64,000 nt of DNA from Ranitomeya imitator (Eukaryota), in contig NC_091283.1 in the NCBI RefSeq assembly GCF_032444005.1, forward strand, positions 35,774,001 through 35,838,000, written 5' to 3'. Positions 59,001 through 64,000 of this stretch are shown here, piece by piece. The translations under genes were made by a program, and so were the position numbers. The notes under the pieces are model-generated. The model was not told the origin of the DNA. It searched no databases and worked only from the letters and a program-made list of their open reading frames with translations. Every line of letters starts with the position of its first letter. The first letter of the stretch is position 1.

Positions 59001-61574
59001 AGTCCCTCAAGGCTGTGTCTTGGGACCTCCACTTTTCTCTATACCTTTGGCCTGGGAAAACTCAAGCTCCCATGGCTTCCAGTACCACCTATACATTGAT
59101 GACACTCAGATCTACATCTCTCGGGCTCAGACGTCACCTCTCTTCTGTCCAGAATCCTGGAGTGTCCATCAGCCATATCCTCCTTCTCCTCTCGCTTCCT
59201 AAAGCTCAATGGAGACAAAACTGAACTCATCATCTTTCTTCCATCTCATCTACCTTCCCTTTCTGATCACCCTTTCCCCTGTACCGAATATCCACTGCCT
59301 CGGAGTAACCCTCAACTCTGCCTTGTCCTTCAAACCGCACATCCAAGCTCTCGCCATCTCCAACTAAAAAATATTTCCAGAATCCGTCCTTTCCTCAACC
59401 CTCAATCTACTAAAATGCTTGTGCATGCCCTCATCATCTCCCACCTCAGCTACTGCAACATCCTCCTCTGTGGCCTCCCTGCTAACACGCTCGCACCACT
59501 CCAGTCCGTCCTTAACTCTGCTGCCCTATGAATCCACCTCTCTCCTCCTCCGATTCTCCCCTCTGCAAATCCCTTCATTGGCTCCCAATTCCAACGTATC
59601 GACTTCAAACTGCTAACACCGACCTACAAAGCCGTACAAAAACCGGTTTCTCCCATATATCTCTGAACTAATCTCCCGTTACCTTCCACCGTGTAATCTT
59701 TGGTCCTCCCAATATCGCCTTCTCTCCTCCACACTCATATGTTCCTCATCCGATTGCTTGCAAGACTTCTCCTGAGTGTTCCCCATCCTGTAGAATTCTG
59801 TGCCCCAACACGTCCGATCAATCCCGACATTCGGAACTTTCAGACAGAACTTGAAGACCCATCTCTTCAGGACAGCTACTGCCTGCAAGGACCCCACTGC
59901 CTCCTCACCAGCGCCGGAGCTGCTGCAGCCCCCCGAACCTACTGTCTCCATCCCCACCATCCTGTAGAATGTAAGCCCGCAAGGGCAGGGTCCTCTTCCC
60001 TCTGTGGCAGCAGGAGCGACCCCCCACCTCTGCTCTCAGTGGTGACATCTCCCGGGGTCTCCCCACAACCTCTCCTGCCGCCATCCCAGCCCACTGACCG
60101 CCTGTGTGCAGCTTCCACTGACAGCGCAATGGTCACAGAACGGCCGCTGACTGCTACGTCTGCAGGGAGAGAGGGGGCTCACAGCGTCCGGCCCATGATT
60201 GGAGGAGCCCAGTTATTTCAACCAAAATTCTATAAGAAAAATCAATAAAAGAACTTACCGATTTCTTTCCCTTCTTGTCTTTCTTTCCTTTCTTCACCAC
60301 CTTATCTGAAAGCGAAAAAAAAAAGTCACAGCGTTATCTGCATGCATTCTGCTGACATAGCTGCCCCACCCCCAAATGTCTGCCATAAAGACCCCCGATA
60401 GCCCTGCAGAGCACAACCATTGCCACCATCGTGGGGACCCTTCCCCATAATAGTATGCAGATTGTGAACATTGCAGCACCTCCTTTATGGTGGAATCGCC
60501 CGACACACCAGCCCTGGGCGGAGGCTGCTCCCATTCCCAGCATGCACCTCAACGCGGTGTACAGCCCCTGAGGAGCGACTCCCTGCACCCCTCATTGATC
60601 AGCTGACTGGGTCATGGCTTACCAGCTACAGCGTCGCCCGTGGGTTACGGGGCCAACACACGGCCCCCCACTGACCGTCTGCTGTCAGCCCCGGTGGCAG
60701 CACGCTGTGCGCAGTGTATGGCGCAGACCCGCGGTCCTCAGCCGCGGTCCTACACGGGGCCGCTCACTGATTGCCGGAGATATCGGAGGAGCGGCGGGAG
60801 TCCGAGATCTCCCCTCTATGGACATTAATCATTTACCCCAATATTACGTCATCAGTCTCATTAACCCTTTATAAAAGCGATTCCCATGTTATAAAGTGAC
60901 GATTTACAACCATTCCTCACTTTATGGGGACAGCCCTGATTCCGTCTTAACCCTTTTGAGGTGTCTCCAGCCCCTTTATTATCAGGATCCACGTTGGTCC
61001 CAGAGGTCAGACCCCCCCCCCATCAGTTATATAAAGGGGACCTGACAGCGGGTGAAGAGTAGACCATTCCTGCTCCTATTTTAGCTCTGCTGCCCCCCGG
61101 AATATTCTCCAGTAAATCAGTCACGTGGCCATCTGTACTTACTGCTATAGAGTATGCTTTACTGAGGAGGCGTGGCTTATAAATCCTCAGGGGCGTGGCT
61201 CAGATCCTCTGGGGCGTGCCTTTAGGCTAATCTGCATAAGCCACACCCCCATAAAAAGCAGTAAATAAAAAGCCCGCACATCTCAGGAACCGTATGGCGG
61301 ATTTAGAAAATACAAAAACCGTTAGCGTAAGGGGAACAGCGGGGATAAAACGAGTAAAAGCTGGAAACGCTTTCTCTGGTGACTGGATCCCTTTAAGCAG
61401 CGGACACCTCCGTCTCCGTCTCCGGGTCTCGTCACTTGTACTGGACCAGAATCCTAAGTGTCAGTGATTTCCTATGGGGGCGACTACCTGCAGTCACTGC
61501 CCTCCCCAATATGGCGGGGACTCACCCGTCTCCTTCCCCTTCTCCTCGTCCTCCACATCCTGCTTCCTGGGCAT
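38251..61574 (-). CDS. ABCF1: ATP-binding cassette sub-family F member 1 (ABC50), complete, 27 coding exons, 860 aa
   Basis: Exons (5'->3'): 61574-61526, 60305-60259, 49087-49001, 48914-48767, 48579-48545, 48042-47929, 46470-46414, 46323-46270, 46105-46022, 45826-45767, 44148-44053, 43914-43792, 43530-43430, 43345-43260, 43170-43031, 42951-42803, 42344-42261, 42156-42032, 41940-41828, 41686-41515, 41440-41366, 39376-39306, 39216-39184, 39084-38916, 38825-38761, 38676-38604, 38423-38251. All GT-AG; total 2583 nt in one frame. Walker A GPNGKGKT and GPNGVGKS; signatures FSGGW and LSGGQ; Walker B LLMLDE and VLILDE. Confidence 0.97.
39431..41306. repeat. AT-rich minisatellite, ~35-bp unit (cagtattatagtagttatattcttgtacatagggg), ~52 units
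   Basis: Tandem array filling most of ABCF1 intron 21. Confidence 0.96.
44220..45662. repeat. Minisatellite, 57-bp unit (cagggagctccccctagtggtggctgcagacaggatcttatcatgtatctctgtata), ~25 units, CTCF-like core on minus strand
   Basis: Tandem array filling most of ABCF1 intron 10; gives a 19-aa period in the spurious ORFs. Confidence 0.96.
46578..47545. repeat. CA-rich minisatellite (~30-bp unit cacgcccggtcctcccacaccccacaca) with a pure (CA)n run at ~47041
   Basis: Visible tandem array in ABCF1 intron 6. Confidence 0.93.
48964..48977 (-). promoter_or_regulatory. Single canonical CTCF motif (CCTCCAGGGGGCGC)
   Basis: Matches the CTCF core CCASYAGRKGGCRS at 13 of 14 positions, in short ABCF1 intron 3. 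Sequence match only. Confidence 0.4.
49123..49415. mobile_element. Fold-back MITE (t-gatgagcga...tcgttcatcacta family); a half copy at ~57620-57782
   Basis: Palindromic arms, with the same sequence recurring at 57620-57782. Confidence 0.7.
49553..51575. repeat. GC-rich minisatellite, ~34-bp unit (ccccaggagtcccagcagcgtcctctccgcacat) with 25-bp variants
   Basis: Tandem array in ABCF1 intron 2. Confidence 0.95.
52056..52673. mobile_element. Near-perfect palindromic MITE (agggaacctgtcacccc...ggggtgacaggttccct)
   Basis: Whole-length fold-back, with TTAA/TTTA-like flanks. Confidence 0.85.
53766..54492. mobile_element. Fold-back MITE with TAA TSD (PIF/Harbinger-like)
   Basis: taa|aggtaccttcacac...gtgtgaaggggcct|taa, with internal 70-bp palindromes duplicated in inverted orientation. 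Confidence 0.85.
54914..57600 (-). mobile_element. 5'-truncated, degenerate DIRS element (RNase H, MT, YR, ICR, rITR, rE)
   Basis: YR is split by a frameshift (56521-56000 and 56241-55789) and has HSTM instead of HSTR. RNase H motif LLEITGIF; MT motif YLFPP. ICR at ~55598-55670 is complementary to the terminus at 54917-54960. TTT junction. Confidence 0.85.
54980..55392. mobile_element. MITE (aggctactttcacactagcg...cgctagtgtgaaagaagcct) inserted in the DIRS ITR
   Basis: TIRs visible. It splits the ITR sequence acacagg|ta|ccatg, which is seen intact at ~55664. Confidence 0.8.
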
Positions 61575-62434
61575 CCTTGTACCGTCAGGAAGAAGCTCCT
61601 TCTACAGATGATGTCACCGCCGTCCCGTGATGTCAGTAAAAAACCCGCTTACTCACGTGGCGAAGCCCAATCTACCGGCCCGTCCACAAGCCCGGCCCCC
61701 TGAGAATCCACTAAACCAATCAGAACAAGCGTTACATTACCTATTCCTTATTCTAATGATAGAAAACATGCCATTGGCTAAGATTTGTGTGAAGCAAAGG
61801 TCGTCGTTTCCTGATTGGTTGGATGCTTACTTAAAACGAGGCGTGACTCATCTTTAGTTGCCACCCAAAATTACGAGGCTTGAGCCGCAATGCGTTCCTG
61901 CCCTGTCATTGGCTGACTGAAGTAATTTGCCGGAAATCGTAAATCGGCTTGTTCTCATTGGTCAATTCTAACATCACCTCGAGGCGTGACACACATGCTG
62001 CCTGATAATTGGCTGATAGGTGGCAGGTTCGAGGCGTGGAACGCACAACGGGCATTTCCTGTTGCTAGGGGTATGAGAAGCACATTGTTCTGCTTAATTC
62101 TTGCCTGGGATTGCAGGGTTCTTACCTGTGACTGTAGAAGGAGCCTTAGAGGACGCTGGCTCCTTAGGGGGAGAGACAGAACTCTCCTGTTAGTGGACCT
62201 GTGAGGTAGGAGGGCTGACCCTGGAAAACCAGCAGTGGGGGCAGAGGCAGAGATCAAATAAGGGGCTTAGAAAGTGAATCATTTCTCCAGGCCTGAAGTA
62301 GAAGTGGTTTTGACCTCGATATGATGTCACAGCAGACGGTGTCCATATTATAATCAGTTCACAGCGGGGGTCAGAGTCCAGAACCTCTTTATCCGGGAGT
62401 CAGACCCCAAATCTTGGGTCTATGAAACTGAAAA
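61575..62434. promoter_or_regulatory. Bidirectional ABCF1/GNL1 promoter
   Basis: 860 bp between the divergent ATGs. CCAAT at 61667 and 61716; ATTGG at 61773, 61814, 61908, 61957 and 62008; CACGTG at 61654; CCGGAA at 61930; repeated gaggcgtg. Confidence 0.8.
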
Positions 62435-63741
62435 ATGCCTCGTAAGAAGCCGTTTAGCAATAAGCAGAAAAAAAAGCAGCTCCAAGACCGGCGAGAGCGG
62501 AAACGCGGTATGTATCACGAGAAAAGCTTTATACATTGGAAGGATTGTCCGCCGTTCCCAGGATCTCTGCTGGCTGTCAGGGAATGCGAGCATCAATATT
62601 TACTAACGTTGTATCCAGCCCAGACACCGACATGTAGCACAGACGTGTCCGCTGTGGGTCGCTACCATGCATTGGGAACGGTCACGTGCATCGGGGTATA
62701 ACATGCGCTCTGTTCCGTTATTGTGGAGCATCGGGGTATAACATGCGCTCTGCTCCTTTATCGTGCAGCATCGGGGTATAACATGCGCTCTGTTCCGTTA
62801 TTGTGGAGCATCGGGGTATAACATGCGCTCTGCTCCTTTATCGTGTAGCATCGGGGTATAACATGCGCTCTGTTCCCTTATTGTGGAGCATCGGGGTATA
62901 ACATGCGCTCTGTTCCTTTATCGTGGAGCATCGGGGTATAACATGCGCTCTGTTCCTTTATCGTGCAGCATCGGGGTATAACATGCGCTCTGCTCCTTTA
63001 TCGTGTAGCATCGGGGTATAACATGCACTCTGTTCCTTTATTGTAGAGCATCGGGGTATAACATGCGCTCTGCTCCTTTATCGTGTAGCATCGGGGTATA
63101 ACATGCGCTCTGTTCCCTTATTGTGTAGCATCGGGGTATAACATGCGCACTGTTCCCTTATTGTGTAGCATCGGGGTATAACATGCGCACTGATCCCTTA
63201 TTGTGGAGCATCGGGGTATAACATGCGCTCTGTTCCTTTATCGTGGAGCATCGGGGTATAACATGCGCTCTGTTCCCTTATCGTGTAGCATCGGGGTATA
63301 ACATGCGCTCTGTTCCTTTATCGTGGAGCATCGGGGTATAACATGCGCTCTGTTCCTTTATTGTAGAGCATCGGGGTATAACATGCGCTCTGTTCCTTTA
63401 TCGTGTAGCATCGGGGTATAACATGCGCTCTGTTCCTTTATCGTGGAGCATCGGGGTATAACATGCGCTCTGTTCCCTTATTGTGTAGCATCGGGGTATA
63501 ACATGCGCTCTGTTCCTTTATTGTGGAGCATCGGGGTATAACATGCGCTCTGTTCCTGTATTTTGCTGCCAGGGCCACTTGACGCCGGCAGGTCCGAGTC
63601 AAACAGCCGAAGCCAGAGCAGAGAACGTGGCGAGGAGAACACGGACACGTCAGACAGCGAGAGCGTCCGCCCCCAAGTGAGGAGAATCAACCAGCAGCCG
63701 CAAGTCTTCAAGCCGGGAGAAAAAGGATATGACCCAAACAG
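62435..63741 (+). CDS. GNL1: Guanine nucleotide-binding protein-like 1, exons 1-2 (gene continues beyond window)
   Basis: Exon 62435-62507 (MPRKKPFSNKQKKKQLQDRRERKR) and exon 63573-63741 (GPLDAGRSESNSRSQSRERGEENTDTSDSES...GYDPNR), GT-AG and phase-consistent. Matches the human GNL1 N-terminus as I recall it (MPRKKPFSVKQKKKQLQDKRERKRG...GYDPNR). Confidence 0.95.
62688..63556. repeat. Minisatellite, 40-bp unit (gcatcggggtataacatgcgctctgttcctttatcgtgga), ~22 units
   Basis: Exact 40-bp period; fills most of GNL1 intron 1. Confidence 0.97.
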
Positions 63742-64000
63742 GTCCGCCATGAAAATATGCCCAAAAAATGGATTTTAGGGGGCTACAATATTGATTGCGT
63801 TTTATTAGGACAGACCACCAATATAAGATTGCTGTAGGTCCGAGTCCTGGCCCCCAAAGACGCAGGTTCACTTTCGAGGGGATTTCATGTCCTCCAGCTG
63901 CGTTTGGTTTCAGATAAAAAGTTTTACTCTTCCCTGGGTTCAGCGCTGAGTCTACACTGCTGCTTCCGGGGTCTGTTATTGTCTGCAGCACTGACATCAC

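Larger units (their letters stand above)
52860..60005 (+). mobile_element. Degenerate L2 LINE (APE + RT), interrupted by nested elements at 53570-57941
   Basis: IIMGDFNIP endonuclease motif at ~53300, [10 protein letters not shown] at ~59000, YIDDTQIY at ~59090, and L2-type 3' end tagaatgtaagcccgcaagggcaggg at ~59965. Confidence 0.8.

Noticed and set aside
61575-62434. PRR3 gene expected here from human synteny
   Set aside because: No proline-rich or CCCH zinc-finger exon found; the interval is only 860 bp and promoter-like.
1-64000. tRNA, rRNA or snoRNA genes
   Set aside because: None recognised by eye; tRNAscan-SE and Infernal/Rfam would be needed to exclude small RNAs.

Overview
Vertebrate genomic DNA, most likely a frog. 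This is an inference from DIRS retroelements, Tc1, L2 LINEs, dense fold-back MITEs and intronic minisatellites. The window lies in the conserved framework part of the MHC class I region. Four spliced genes can be reconstructed with GT-AG boundaries and consistent phases: the 3' end of ATAT1 (+), complete C6orf136 (+, 6 exons, 361 aa), complete ABCF1 (-, 27 coding exons, 860 aa) and the first two exons of GNL1 (+), head-to-head with ABCF1 with no PRR3 in between. The rest is mostly repeats: an intact young Tc1 transposon, three DIRS elements, L2 LINEs, many MITEs and nine minisatellites, whose long ORFs are artefacts. The most unusual object is a 2.05-kb rearranged DIRS element in C6orf136 intron 2. 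It has precise plus-polarity termini, but its core is inverted and reduced to an intact tyrosine recombinase plus a methyltransferase-like ORF. The core is flanked by two inverted copies of the ICR/circle-junction sequence, and the element sits in the polypyrimidine tract of the exon-3 acceptor. Also notable are two convergent CTCF-motif minisatellites sharing one seed, and a GNL1 intron made of tandem 3' splice-site modules. All coordinates were read by eye, so repeat boundaries are approximate.
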